A stretch of 64,000 nt of DNA from an uncultured Actinomycetes bacterium (GCA_963734045.1 CAVTFU010000004.1:2428-66427); one strand, 5' to 3'. Shown: positions 22,117 through 33,999, numbered from the stretch's first letter. Notes: generated from the letters alone by a model not told the origin. Numbers and translations: made by a program.

Positions 22117-23262
22117 TCAGCCGCGCGGGAGCGCGTCCTCGTGCGGGCGGCCGGCGCCACCTGTCGGCGGCACCCACTGCACGGTGGGCGGGTCGTCGAG
22201 GAGGATCGCGGCGATCCGCTCCGACGTCCGGCCGTCCCACAGCGGCGGCGCCGACGCGGTGGTTTCACCGTCGAGCGCGGTTGCGGCGGCGGCGACGATC
22301 GCGACCGGGTCGAGGCCGACGACGCGGTTCGTGCCGTGCGTCACCGTGACGGGGCGCTCCGTGTTGTCGCGGAGCGTGAGACACGGGACTCCGAGGACCG
22401 TGCTCTCCTCCTGCACGCCCCCGGAGTCCGTGAGGACGAGGCTGGCCTCCGTCTCGAGATCGAGGAAGTCGAGGTAGCCGAGCGGGTCGATGAGTCGCAC
22501 GCGGTGAGGATCGATGGTGACGCCGGCTGCCTCGAGCCGGGCGCGCGTGCGTGGATGGACCGGGAAGACGAGCGGGAGGCGTGCATCCGATCTCGTCGAG
22601 CGCGGACATCACGGAGCCCAGCACCTGCGGCTCGTCGACGAGTGCCGGCCGGTGGAGCGTGACGAGCCCGAAGGCGTTGTCGATCCCGAGGCGGGCGCAC
22701 GTGTCGGCCGCGCGTCCCCGGTCGAGGTGAGCGAGAAGGCTGTCGACCATGATGTTCCCGACCAGCCGGATACGCGATTCGTCGACACCCTCGGCGCGGA
22801 GGTTCGCGTTTGCGTCCTCCGACGGCGTGAAGAGCCAGGTCGCGAGAGCGTCGACGACGATACGGTTGATCTCCTCCGGCATCGCGCGGTCGTACGAGCG
22901 AAGCCCGGCCTCGACGTGCGCCACCGGGATGTCCCGCTTGACCGCGACGAGCGTGCAGCCGAGCGTGGAGTTCACGTCTCCGACGACGACGACGCTGTCG
23001 GCGCTGTTCGCGTCCAGCCATGTCTCGAACGCCGACATCACGGCCGCGGTCTGCGCGCCGTGAGGTCCGGACCCGACCTGGAGGTTGACGTCGGGCTCCG
23101 GGATGCCGAGATCGGCGAACAGCGCGTCCGACATGGCGTTGTCGTAGTGCTGCCCCGTGTGCACCAGGAGGGGGTCGCTCCCCGGGCCCGGAGCGTCTTC
23201 AGGAGCGGCGCGACCTTGACGAAGTTGGGCCGCGCCCCGGCGATGAGGACAGGCCTCGTCAT
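22117..23262 (-). CDS. wecB: UDP-N-acetylglucosamine 2-epimerase (non-hydrolysing), frameshifted
   Basis: GARPNFVK, HTGQHYD, HVEAGLRS, MPEEINR, TDSGGVQEE, RDNTERP. Confidence 0.95.
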
Positions 23263-24005
23263 CGCGTGCGCCACCACTCGCGGGCGGTCAGGCGGGCGAA
23301 CGCAAGGTTGCCGAACAGGTAGCGGCGCCACATGCGACGAGGTTCCTGCGCCAGGCGCCAGGCCCACTCGAGGCCGACACGTTGGACGACGCCGGGCGCC
23401 CTGCCCGTGCGCCCCGCCACGACGTCGAAGGACCCGCCGACGCCCATGACGAACGGGACGTTGAGGCCCGCGAGGTGCGTCGCGAGCCAGTACTCCTTCT
23501 GCGGGCTCGGGATGGCGAGGAAGAGATAGTCCGGATTCGCGCCGCGCACGTCGTCGACGACGTCGTCGTCAGCGTCCCAGTAGCCGTCCCGGAACCCGGC
23601 GATCTCGAGCTGCGGATGTCGGGCGCGGAACACGTCCGCGACCGTCGCGACCACCTCCGGGCGGGCACCCAGGAAGTAGACGGACCGGCCGTGCCGCGCG
23701 GCGTCTTCCACGAGCCGATCGAAGAGATCGATCCCGGCGACGCGCTCCGGGATCCGAACGCCGAGGATCCTGCCGGCCCAGACCACCGCGATGCCGTCCG
23801 CGCTGACGAGGGCGCACCCGCGGATGATCTCCCTCAGGCGGGCATCCTTCGTCGCCGAGACGACCTTGGCGGCATTGAGCGCGACGTGCTGGTGTGGGCC
23901 GCCGAGCTCGACGAGGCGCCGGACGGCCTCGACGGTCTCGTCCATGTCGAGACGGTCCACCGGGAGCCCGAAGACCTCCGACCGACGTGGAACGGCTGCG
24001 GTCAC
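23259..24005 (-). CDS. WecB/TagA/CpsF family (GT26) glycosyltransferase
   Basis: NAAKV, SADG, RVAGIDL, PQKEYW, GVGGSFD, GLEWAWRLAQEPRRMWRRY. Confidence 0.92.
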   Translation of the reverse strand: MTAAVPRRSEVFGLPVDRLDMDETVEAVRRLVELGGPHQHVALNAAKVVSATKDARLREIIRGCALVSADGIAVVWAGRILGVRIPERVAGIDLFDRLVEDAARHGRSVYFLGARPEVVATVADVFRARHPQLEIAGFRDGYWDADDDVVDDVRGANPDYLFLAIPSPQKEYWLATHLAGLNVPFVMGVGGSFDVVAGRTGRAPGVVQRVGLEWAWRLAQEPRRMWRRYLFGNLAFARLTAREWWRTR

Positions 24006-25096
24006 GCTGTCCAGCCTCCCGGGTCGGAGCGGCCCGCCCAAGCCTCGAGCATCCAGCCGAGGTGATACGGGCGACAGGTGCGATTGACCTCGACCCGCGA
24101 CGATCGTGCGAGGAGGCGCTTGCCGCCGAACCGCGTGGAGGCGCTGTTCGCCGCGAGCGCGACGCGGTCCCACGGCGCCTTTCGCCGGATCGAGCGGTGG
24201 GCGAAGCCGTGCTCCGCGTCGAGCAGGTCGACGCCGAGCTCGTTGCTCCCGCGCGACCAGGCGACGCTCTCGACGGCCGCACGCGCCCAGCGATCGTCGC
24301 CCGTGAGCGTCGTCAGCTCGAGGAGCCCCATCGGGGCCATCGCGTCCTGGTGGACGGTGTAGATCTCGTACGCCTCGGCGACGTCTGCACGGTCGGCGTC
24401 GTAGAGCCAGGGCCAGCCGCCGTCCGGCAGCCGGAGCCGCACGAGATGCTCGGCGAGGGTCTCGGCCGACGCGCGCGCCCCGGCGAGATGGTCGCCGCGC
24501 GCGAGTGCCGTGAGGGCCATCAGCGTGTAGATCTCCGTCGCGAAGTTTGGGAGATGGCGCCGGAAACGAGACGTCGCGTCGTGGTAGTAGAGGCCGCTGG
24601 GTGAGCGGCGCTCGCGCTGGAGATGATCGGCGACGCGATCGAGCAGCTTCGACGACGCTGCGGTGGGCTGCTCCGCGTGCGTCAGCCCGATGATGATCCA
24701 CGCGATCTCCATGCCGACGAGGGACGCGAGGACGACGTCGGAGAGCGCGGTCTCGAGCTGGGCGACGAGGCCTTCGGTCGAGGCGCCGTCCCGTCTCGAG
24801 TCGGCCCAGATCGCGAGCCCGACGTCGCCGGGCGTGAACGACGCGCGCCGCTCGAGGCACCGGCTCCAGAGCTCGTCGAGATCGGGGATTCCCTCGAGGC
24901 CGGCGGCTCGCGCCCGCTGCATGCCGAGGAGGGCCATCAGGCTGTAGCGCACCGACTCGCCGCGGAGCTCACGGCTCTCGAAGGGGACGTCGTAGCAGTA
25001 GAGGCCGGACGCCAGGCGAAGGCTCGGCAGCGTCTCGATCGAGAACGAGATCAGCTCGTCGACGTGTCGCCTGATCGTGTCGGTTCGCGTGTCCAT
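24002..25096 (-). CDS. Hypothetical alpha-helical protein (alpha/alpha-toroid-like), polysaccharide-locus associated
   Basis: Intact 364 aa ORF; repeated helical motifs such as LRLPDGGWPW; YTVHQDAMAPM; CRPYHLGW. Confidence 0.65.
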   Translation of the reverse strand: MDTRTDTIRRHVDELISFSIETLPSLRLASGLYCYDVPFESRELRGESVRYSLMALLGMQRARAAGLEGIPDLDELWSRCLERRASFTPGDVGLAIWADSRRDGASTEGLVAQLETALSDVVLASLVGMEIAWIIIGLTHAEQPTAASSKLLDRVADHLQRERRSPSGLYYHDATSRFRRHLPNFATEIYTLMALTALARGDHLAGARASAETLAEHLVRLRLPDGGWPWLYDADRADVAEAYEIYTVHQDAMAPMGLLELTTLTGDDRWARAAVESVAWSRGSNELGVDLLDAEHGFAHRSIRRKAPWDRVALAANSASTRFGGKRLLARSSRVEVNRTCRPYHLGWMLEAWAGRSDPGGWTA

Positions 25097-25171
25097 GGTC
25101 TGATGTTCGTGGGCCTGTCGTGGTTGTCGAGGGGTCGTACGTCAGGAGCTTGCGCGCCCTCAGGCGGCCGT

Positions 25172-26062
25172 TCAGGCGTGGCGCCCTGCCACCTCGTGGC
25201 GGCGCCGGTTGAGCTCGCGCCACCGCTGTCGTCGCCTGAGATGCGTGCGCACCGACGCGTCTTCGTACCGTGGCCGCCGCTGAAGCGCCGCCGACGCGTA
25301 CCCCCAGACCATCCACAGCGCGACGGGCTCGTGGCGCGCATGGTGCAGCGCCCGGAGCAGCAGGTAGGAGGGGCGGTACGCCATGAAGTGCGCGATGTCG
25401 CCCTCCTGCACCCACGCCCGTGCAGCGCCGTCCCTGGCGCCGTGCTTGCGATGGTGCCTGATGGGGATGTCCGCGAAGCTGACGGTGCGCCACCCGTGGA
25501 CGTTCGCCTTCAACTCGTCGATGCCGTCCCAGCCGAGCCGGGCCTCGAGAGGCCGGATCTCGTCGAAGCAGGCGCGGCGCCAGACACGCCCGGCGCCGCG
25601 GACGTGGCCCTCGGTCATGTGCTTCGGCACCCAGGTTCCGTTCTCTTCCTCGTAGACGAGCCCGCTCGCGATCCCGAGCGACGGATCGTCCCGGAAGTAC
25701 CCGAGGAGCCGCTCGAAGTAGTCCGGCTCCAGCGAGACGTCGGCGTCGAGCTTGCAGACGAACTCCGGCTCGCTCTGCAGGGACTCGACCCCCGCGTTGA
25801 AGGCGAGGACGTCCCTTCCACCCGCACGGCCTCGCTCCACGCCGTCGTCGGTCGCGGGCGGGGCGCCGAGACACGAGATCCAGCTCGCCTCGGCCGCGAG
25901 CTCCCGGACGACCTCGGCCGTCGCGTCGCGCGACCCGTCGTCGACGACGACCCAGCGCTCGGGCGCGAGTGTCTGCTCGAGCATGCAACGGCCCAGGCGC
26001 CGCAGGTTGTCGGCCTCGTCGCGGGCCGGCGTGATCACGGCATAGGACAGCGGATTCGTCAC
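25172..26062 (-). CDS. Glycosyltransferase family 2
   Basis: YAVITPARDEA, WVVVDDGSRD, KLDAD, GWDGIDE. Confidence 0.9.
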   Translation of the reverse strand: MTNPLSYAVITPARDEADNLRRLGRCMLEQTLAPERWVVVDDGSRDATAEVVRELAAEASWISCLGAPPATDDGVERGRAGGRDVLAFNAGVESLQSEPEFVCKLDADVSLEPDYFERLLGYFRDDPSLGIASGLVYEEENGTWVPKHMTEGHVRGAGRVWRRACFDEIRPLEARLGWDGIDELKANVHGWRTVSFADIPIRHHRKHGARDGAARAWVQEGDIAHFMAYRPSYLLLRALHHARHEPVALWMVWGYASAALQRRPRYEDASVRTHLRRRQRWRELNRRRHEVAGRHA

Positions 26063-26072
26063 GTGACGGGTC

Positions 26073-27011
26073 TCAGGGAGTCGCGGGGGTCGCGTGGTCG
26101 TCGCGGGCGCGTGACTCGCCGAGGACCACGCGGGCGACCGCCCGCGTGTGACCCGCCCGTCGCTCGGGATCCCGGACGGCGAGGCCCGCCCGGAGGCCCG
26201 AGCCGAGGGCGATCCCGCCCCGCTCGAGCAGAACGGCGAGGCTGCTTGCGTGCTTGCGCGCGTAGAGGACGCGGCTCCAGGCGAGCTGGTCCCGGAGCGC
26301 GTCACGCGACGCCGACATACCGCCGACGTGCGAGGCGACCGCGTCGGGGACGAAGGCGACGGACAGTCCCTCGTCCCGGAGACGGCGGCAGAGATCTGCA
26401 TCCTCGCTGTACATGAAGAAGGCCTCGTCCCAGCCGCCGAGGCGCTCGAGCGCCGAGCGCCGCACGAGCACGCATGCCCCGGAGACCCAGTCCGGGCGCC
26501 CCGGCTCGGCGTAGGCAGCCTCGTCCCGCACCATCTCGTCCGCCCAGCTGGCACGAGGGGCGACGCGGTGGAGGAAGAGCGCCTGCGCGTACGTCGAGCG
26601 AAGGCGGGGAAAGCGTCGTTGCGAGAACTGGAGCGCGCCGCTCTCGTCGGTGATCCTCGGCGCGGCCGCGCCGAAGCGGGCGTCCCGCTCGAGCTCGGCC
26701 ACGAGGCGGTCGAGCGAGTCGGCGTCGAGGCGGGCGTCGGGGTTCAGGAAGAGGACGTAGGGCGCCTCGCCGACGCGCCAGCCCGCGTTGCAGCCGGCCG
26801 CGAACCCCACGTTGCGCTCGAGGGCGATCGTCGTGACGGGCAGTCCGTCGAGTTGCTGCAGGGACGCGTCGCGCGATGCGTTGTCCACGACCGCGACCTG
26901 GACGTGCGGCAGCTGGGCGAGCGGCTCGACGCACGGTCGGATCGAGTCGGCGCTGTTGTACGTCACGACCACGACGTCGACGACGGGAGCTCCGGGGCGC
27001 ACCACGGTCAT
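26073..27011 (-). CDS. Glycosyltransferase family 2 (WbbL-like)
   Basis: VVVTYNS, VDNASRD, NVGFAAGCN, LNPD, WVSGAC, FMYSEDADLC. Confidence 0.92.
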   Translation of the reverse strand: MTVVRPGAPVVDVVVVTYNSADSIRPCVEPLAQLPHVQVAVVDNASRDASLQQLDGLPVTTIALERNVGFAAGCNAGWRVGEAPYVLFLNPDARLDADSLDRLVAELERDARFGAAAPRITDESGALQFSQRRFPRLRSTYAQALFLHRVAPRASWADEMVRDEAAYAEPGRPDWVSGACVLVRRSALERLGGWDEAFFMYSEDADLCRRLRDEGLSVAFVPDAVASHVGGMSASRDALRDQLAWSRVLYARKHASSLAVLLERGGIALGSGLRAGLAVRDPERRAGHTRAVARVVLGESRARDDHATPATP

Positions 27012-28437
27012 CAGACGCGCGACTCGCCGAGGGCGGCGGCCGGGCGGCGCGCCCGCGACGCGGGCCGGGCGCGGTCGGCGGCAGAGCGGCGCTCGGTGGT
27101 GTCGTGCGCGTCGATCAGGAGCGCCGCCGCGAGGCCGACGAGTGTCGTGAAGACGAGCGTCACCTGGACGAACGCGAAGGCGTCGAAGGTGAACATGCCC
27201 AGCATGTACGCCGCGAGCGAGCTCGTGATGCCGGCGAGGATCCACCCGCGTAGGCCGTAGTCGATCTTCGCGGCCCGCCCGCAACGCCGCAGGATCGTGA
27301 CAAAGAGCCAGATCAGGGCAACGAAGCCGACGATCCCCGTCTCGAGCAGCACCCCGAGCCACTGGTTGTCGAGGATCGGCGCGTTCGCGTCGACCGAGGG
27401 ATCCTGGGTCGTCGTGACCCTCGTCGAGAAGCCCACGCCGAACGCGGGATTCGGATAGAGCTCGCTGCGAAGCGCCGGGCCGAGCGTGGAGATCCGCCCG
27501 CTGCCCACGTCGCCGGTCTTCTGGTCGGCGATCAGGCCGCCTTCCGGGAAGAACGACTTCGTGAGGCTCCCGAGGGCGCCGGGCACCGCGAAGTGGATCA
27601 CGACCACGAGTGGGATCAGGGCGGGCCAGAGGCGGGTGACCTCCCGCTTGCGCGTCCAGAGCGCGGCGAGGATGGCGCCGATGAGCATGGGCACGATCGT
27701 CCGGGAGAGGGCGCCGAACATGGCGGGCATGATCAGGGCCGCGGCGATCAACCAGCGCCGCTGCCGCGTGGCGCCGGCAAGCGCGAGGGCGAGGGGCACG
27801 ATCATCGCGAGGAGCGCGCCGAACTCGATCGGATGCTGCGACGCTCCGAACGCGCGGTTGCCGGCCCCGCGAGAGTCGGTGGCCGCGTTCACCTCGTAGA
27901 TGTTCCCCTGCTGGAGGATCGGGATCACGCGTTCGAGGTGGAGGAAGACGTTGTAGCCCGTCCTCGCCTCGAGGATCGCGAAGAGCGAGAGGACGACCCC
28001 TGCATAGACGATGGCCTTGACGGCCACGACGACGCGGTCGACCCGCCCCGCGAACACGCTCGTGACGAAGTAGGCCAGCAGGACGACGCCGGCGAAGAAC
28101 AGCAGCTGCTTCAGGACGTACGAGGAGACCGAGGCGGCGTGGCCGACGTTCGCGAGGAGCGAGAGGAGCGCGACCGCGGCGAAGACGCGGAACGGGCGCT
28201 CGAACGGCGTCCGGCGGAACCGCACGCGATGATCGACGAGCGCGGAGAGGATCCACGCCAGGAACACGACGAGCGCGGCAGCGCGATACGGCTCCAGCTC
28301 GAACGGGAGATGGGAGGAGAGCGTGTACCGACGGGCGGGGACGAAGAGGATGACGAGAAGGAGCCCTGCGAACAGCGTCTCCCAGGAACGGCCGTCGATG
28401 CCCGCACGTCCGGGCGCTCGGTCACGGTCACGCTCAT
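27011..28437 (-). CDS. O-antigen ligase/Wzy-like polymerase
   Basis: Many TM helices, RAFGASQHPIEFG, LDNQWLGVLLETGIVG; frameshift near 28270. Confidence 0.85.
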
Positions 28438-28510
28438 GAGCTACCTGCGTCCGCTGTGGATCCGGGTCCCGGTCACGTCAGGGCCTCCAGGGCTCCGAAC
28501 GGGTGCCCGC

Positions 28511-29341
28511 TCAGCGCTCATCGGCGCGAGGGAGATCCTCGGCCCGCGGCCGCTCGATCGAGCGCGCGGCATTCCCATCCAGCGAGAGCGTCCGGCGCTG
28601 CGCCGTCTTGCGGTCCGCGTGCGACCGGGATCGTGTGAGCGGGAGAGGCTGAGCCTGGCCGGCGTCCGACATCTCGGCCTTGTCGACCTCGTCGGCCGCA
28701 GCGGACGGGCCCCGGCGAAGGTTCTCGATGACGTACGCGGCGCCGATGGTGAGAGAGGCGATCGCGAGGAACAGGAAGATCGACGGACCGAGGGGGCGGC
28801 CCTCGAGGAGCTCGGGGCTGCTCGGCCGGGTCACGACCTGCAGCGTCACCCTCTTGCGCTCGGGCACACGGTCGGCGACCTGGCGCTCCTCGACGTAGCG
28901 CGTGACGCTCCGCGCCGCGCGTCCCGAGAGGGCGCGCGCCCGTGCCGGCGTGGGCGCGATCCCGTCCACCTGGATGAAGGGAAGGAAGTCGTCGTTGTTG
29001 TCCGTCAGCGGGAACGCCTGGATCGCCTCGCCGTCGGGAAGCCGCGTCTTGCCGGTCACCTCTTGCTTGACGGCGTCGCTGTTCGCGAACTCGGACGCGA
29101 TGACGGCGAAGGCCGTCGCGTCGATGGTCGGGACGTCGGGGTTCTCGGGGCGCACCAGCGACCCGCCCGTCGCGGCGAAGAGCCGCGTCGAGCTCTGCCA
29201 CTCCTGACCTGCGCGGAAGTGGATACCGCTCGGCCCGACGCTTACATAGGACAGCAGCGCGGCCAGGATGGCGACGGTGAGGCCGATCCCCAGCAGCACG
29301 CGATGACGCGACAGAACCCGAAAGTGCACTGAAAGATCCAC
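28511..29341 (-). CDS. Wzz/CapA-like chain-length determinant
   Basis: N- and C-terminal TM helices flanking a soluble loop (WQSSTRLF...FAVIASEFANSDAV). Confidence 0.65.
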   Translation of the reverse strand: MDLSVHFRVLSRHRVLLGIGLTVAILAALLSYVSVGPSGIHFRAGQEWQSSTRLFAATGGSLVRPENPDVPTIDATAFAVIASEFANSDAVKQEVTGKTRLPDGEAIQAFPLTDNNDDFLPFIQVDGIAPTPARARALSGRAARSVTRYVEERQVADRVPERKRVTLQVVTRPSSPELLEGRPLGPSIFLFLAIASLTIGAAYVIENLRRGPSAAADEVDKAEMSDAGQAQPLPLTRSRSHADRKTAQRRTLSLDGNAARSIERPRAEDLPRADER

Positions 29342-29518
29342 CTGCTCAACACTCCTCGCCCCAAGCCGCCCGCCGGCGGCGCTCGTCAACCTCCCCTACC
29401 TGCGTTCGTCATCTTACGCGAGCCACGCGCTCTGTCGACCCCGGCCACACGTCAAGGGTGCCCCATGTGAAGGTCTAGGTCCGGAGGCTCGGCGCAGGGG
29501 GCCTTGACTTCGTGCGGC

Positions 29519-31015
29519 CTAGGACGCCGCCGCCGTGACGGTGAACACGCCCGCGAGCTTGCGCGTCCGGTCCGAGCCGAACCGTGCAGGTCCCCGGCCG
29601 GAGCGTCAGCTTCCACGCCGTGGCGCCGGTCCCGGCCACCGAGCTCCTGCGGCTGACTCGCGGCCCGCGGACGAAGAGGTTTCTTCTTCGTGCGGTCGGC
29701 GACGATCACCTTGTACGTCCCGGCGGGGATGCGCGTCAGCCGCTTGCCGCCCCTGGTGAGCGCGACCCGCGCGCCGTTCACCGACGCCTGGAGCCAGGGC
29801 CGCTCGTCGGCGCCCGCGTCGGGAGGCGAGATGCGCTGCCGCCCGTCGCGGTCGACGGCGGGGAATCGAGCCGGGTCCCCGCGGCCGATCACCGGCGACG
29901 TCGGCAGCACGTGCAGGTCGAAGTCGTCGCCGTTGTTCTTGACGAATCCTGGGTCCGCTCTCAGATCGGTGGCCGAGCATTTCGCGTCGTCCCAGACGTT
30001 GTACGCGTAGGTGGTGCCCTCGTCGTCGCACGCCGGCCCCTCCCCGGCGTTGCCGTAGAGGAGCACCTGGGCGTCCTCCTCGTGATAGCCGCCCGGGACG
30101 TTGACCGCGAGCGCGTTGTAGCGGATGACGAAGTTCTTCCCGCCGCGGATGTGGACGCTGTAGAAGCACACGCCGTTGTCACCCGGGGTGTCACATTCCC
30201 CGGAACCAGTTGTTCTCGACGAGCACGTTCTCGATGTGCCCGCCCAGCTCTTCGACCGCGTAGAAGCCCTGTGTCCCGCAGCGCGAGATCCTGTTCCTCC
30301 TGAAGGTGAGGTCGATGCCGCCGGAGATCGCGACACAGTCGGGATGCTCGTCGCCCGGCCGGCAGAGACCCCCGATGCGCGAGTCCTCGACCAGGACGTC
30401 GTGCGGGTCGTCGGCCGATCCCGTCTGCTCGTTGAAGTTGCTGATGATCCGCAGCGCATCCAGGCCGTCGCAGGTCCCGCCGAGGTCGACGTCGCGCAGC
30501 GTCACGTTGCGCGCGGTCTGCACCTGCGACTGACCTCCCCGCGCGTCGACGTGCTGGATCGTCACGTCGGTCGTCGGCGGGTCGGTCGGGGCATCCGTCT
30601 CGACCTCGAACGAGCGGATCTTCAGCGTTCCGGCGGAGCCGTCGAGCGTGACGTGGCTGGCGCGGAGCTCGAGCTGCCCCAGGACGGCAGTGGCGCCGGC
30701 CGCGGGACGGAAGACGACGTCGTCCGTCGAGGTCTTCGAAGGCTCGGCGCGCATGATCTGGTCACCCGCGTACGTCCCCGCGGCAAGCTCGACCACCTCG
30801 CCGGGCCGCGCGGCGCGGTAGCCGCGGTCGAGCGTCAGGCAGGGCGCAGCGCGCGTGCACGGGTTCGAGTCCGTACCGGTCGGGGCGAGGAACCGCTGCG
30901 CGGCCGGCGGCGCAGCCGCGCCCGAGTGCGCGATCGCGCTCGCCGTGAAGCCGGTGGCCACCGCCGCGGCGACGATCGCCAGCGCCCCCCGGCCTGTCGT
31001 GGTCGCGACGCTCAT
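29519..31015 (-). CDS. Secreted right-handed beta-helix (pectin-lyase-like) protein with small C-terminal beta domain; frameshifted
   Basis: Signal peptide; LAPTGTDSNPCTRAAPCLTL, ELAAGTY, NVLVENNWF, ADPGFV...DLHVLPTSP...DAGADE. Confidence 0.75.
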
Positions 31016-31124
31016 CGGCCGCAGTGCTCGGTCGTGATCACGTTCACCGCGGGAACTGTAATGGCAGGTTGCCCGGTCGAGCACACGGCCTCTCGAGCCG
31101 CGGCCGCGCGATCGCCCGTCGACA

Positions 31125-31260
31125 TCAGTCGCGGACAGTGACCGAGGTCACCTCGTCAGAGCAGCCACGCCAGCTCCGCCGTGAGCCGGCGCCGCTCGTA
31201 GCGGAGCGCGGAGACCGGAAACCGGAGACCGAGCCCGCGCTCCTCTTCCGTGCAGGGTCA
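31125..31260 (-). pseudogene. Relic C-terminus of a GT4 paralog
   Basis: Reads RYERRRLTAELAWLL(x)DEVT, matching the end of the GT4 at 32538-33856. Confidence 0.55.
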
Positions 31261-31342
31261 CCTAGCCCGGTGAGCGGACTCTGGAGAGAGCCGCGACATC
31301 TGGGATGGCGCGCCGATGACGAGCCATGCATGATCTGGTGCG

Positions 31343-32324
31343 ATGGGCCGTCCGCTCGTATCCGTGGGAATCCCCGTGTGGAATGGGGCGGTCTTCCTCG
31401 AGACTGCGCTCCGTTCCGGGCCTCCCAGACCTACGGAGATCTCGAGGTCGTCGTTTCCGACAACGCATCGGATGACGCGACCGAGACGATCGCTCGCGAG
31501 TTCGCGAAGGCGGACTCGCGCGTCGTCTACGTACGCCACGACGTCAACATGGGAGAGCGAGCCCGAACCACAACTTCGTCGTCGCGAGATCACGAGGAGA
31601 GTTGTTCAAGTGGGCGGCGCACGACGACTTCGTATCCCCGGACTTCGTCGATCGGTGCGTACGTGCCCTCGAAGAGCAGCCAAACGCCGTGTTGGCCTTC
31701 ACCAACACGACCATCGTCGACGAAGGAGGCGAGGTCGAGAGGCATTACGACGCCGCCCCATTTCCGAACGGGTCGGCGTCCCAGATGCTCAGGCGATTGC
31801 TCTTGACCGACGATCCGTTCTTTACGCACTGTTTCCCGATCCCAGGCCTGATCCGCCGCGATGCGCTGCAACGGACGAGTCTCCACGGAGGCTCGAGGGC
31901 CCCGGACAAGATCGTGCTGGTCGAGCTCGCCCTTCAGGGAGGGTGGGCACTCGTCCCTGACCGCCTCTTCTTCCGGCGGATGCACCCCGGCACGTCGATC
32001 CGGGCAAACGAGACCCCGCTTGATCTTGCGCGGTGGCTCGACACCCGAACTGGTGCGGGGTTTCCGATGCCGCGCACGACGATCATGAGGAGCTACGTCC
32101 GAGCCGTTCACAAAGCGTCACTATCCCGAAGCGAGAAGGCCAGGTGCTACTCGACAATCGTCTCCTGGCTTCGCAAAGACGGAGAGTGGAGGGTGATCGC
32201 GGGCGAGATTCGAATCGCGGGCCGCGAGCGGTTCGGAGCCAGCCGCGCCAGCGCCGAGCCGCTTGTCGGTTGTCAGACGTTCAGCGGTCGCGGACCGTCA
32301 ACGTTGTCTCCCGCCTGCGGTTGA
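31343..32324 (+). CDS. Glycosyltransferase family 2, frameshifted
   Basis: PLVSVGIPVWNG, VVVSDNASDD, FKWAAHDD. Confidence 0.88.
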
Positions 32325-32537
32325 TACCGGAGCTGAAGACGTAGCGCCCCGGTCTGAGACGGACGCGCCAACAGCTCCCGTCCCTGTGATCGACGTACCT
32401 CGGCGCTCTCCGGGACCTCGAAGGCGGACAGCCCCCGAGGTTGAATCTGTGCTGAACGACGATCCTGTACGAGGCGCTGATCAGCCGCCGCACGGGCACG
32501 CTTCCCCTTCCTGAGCCTGACGGTTTGGGGCCTCCGT
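32281..32537 (-). pseudogene. Relic of the C-terminal domain of the beta-helix protein family
   Basis: RLRKGKR/PVRRLISASYRIVV...WRVRLRPGRYVFSS resembles LTRGGKRLTRIPAGTYKVIV...WKLTLRPGT at 29520-29790. Confidence 0.45.
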
Positions 32538-33856
32538 TCAGGATCGAGCCACGTCCGTGACCTCGTCCAGCAGTCGCGCGAGCTCCGCTGTGTCAGCCGC
32601 CCCCGCTCGTAGCGGGCGACGACGTCGGGGTCGGGCGTGGGGCTCGGCCGGCCCTCCTGCCAGGCGCGGATTCGATCCTCGAGGATCGTCGACATCCCCT
32701 CGACGTCCGCCGGCTCGTCAGGAACGCGTTTCCCGCCTCGGTCAGGAGATCCCGTGCGTCGCCGTCGGGGACGGCCGCCAGGATCGGCCTCGTGCCGCCA
32801 GGTACTCGTAGGTCTTGCCCGGGACGATCGGCGACGCGGAGCCCGGCGGCAGATCGTGCATCGGGAGGAAGAGAAGGTCGGCGGAGCGCATCAGTGCGAT
32901 CGAGGCGGCGTGATCGAGGTAGCCGTGCGCGTGACGACGGACAACGTGCGTGGCGCCTCGAGATCGACGTCGGTGAGCGACGCCTGCAAAGTGCATCTCG
33001 ATCGAGGTCCGCGAGCTCTGGCGGCCGGTCGATCAGGCGCGCGTCGCCTCGAGGAGAAAGACGTGCGACCGCGTTCCGATGTCGATGTCCCCGACGTCGC
33101 CGCCGAGCGGGCGTCGGAGCCACGCGCGCCGGGTCCGCCTGGCGCCAGCTCCGTGTGCAGGTAGCCCGTATGGACGATTCGGAACCGGCCGTCGTCTCGA
33201 TCCGGCGCTCGGGCCCTCGAAGTCAGCGGGTCGAAGCCGTTGGGGATCGAGACGGTCGGCGTCTCGGCGAAGGTCGGGAAAAGCCGAACGACCGAGCTGC
33301 GCGCTTCGGGCGTGTTCATCACGATCCCGCGCGCGGTGCCGAGCGCCTGACGCATCGCGCGCAGCTCGTGCCGGCGGTGGACGGCCGTCGGGTAGACCTG
33401 CATCTCGTCGAGCGCCCACGGATCGCGGAGGTCGGCGACCCACGGCACTCCGAGCCGACGGGCGAGCCGCTCCGCGCTCCGGGACGTCTCGAAGGGGGAC
33501 ATCGAGGCGTACACCACGTCGACCGGCTCCGATGGGGTCGCGATCGAGTCGAGACCTTGCCGCCACCACCGTGACCATCGCCCCTCGACGTGTGCCCAGC
33601 GCTCGAGCCGTCCGTCCCAGCCGTCACCCACCGGCGGCTCCGGGCCCGTGACCCGGGTCACGTCGATGTCGCGCGGGAGCTCGTCGACGAGCGACTCGTC
33701 CTGCGGCGTCCACCGCCCCGCGGCGACGCCCGGGCCGGTCACGATCACGGGGAGGTAGCCCTCGGCGGGGAGGTATCGCGCGAACTTGACCGAGCGCTGA
33801 ACGCCGGCGCCCCCGATCGGCGGGAAGTAGTAGGCGAGGAAGAGGACGCGCTTCAT
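32538..33856 (-). CDS. Glycosyltransferase family 4, frameshifted
   Basis: VLFLAYYFPPIGGAGVQR, WVADLRDPW, IPNGFD, PGKTYEYLA. Confidence 0.9.
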
Positions 33857-33999
33857 CGAGGCAACTCGAGCCGATGACGATGGCCGGCGTGCAGGGAATC
33901 GCAGCCCTCGACGTTACGGGGGGAGTACTCTAGCCCGGGGTCACGCACTGCCCCGCCGGTTCGTATCGACAAAGTCGGCCGGATGCCCACACTGGGACC

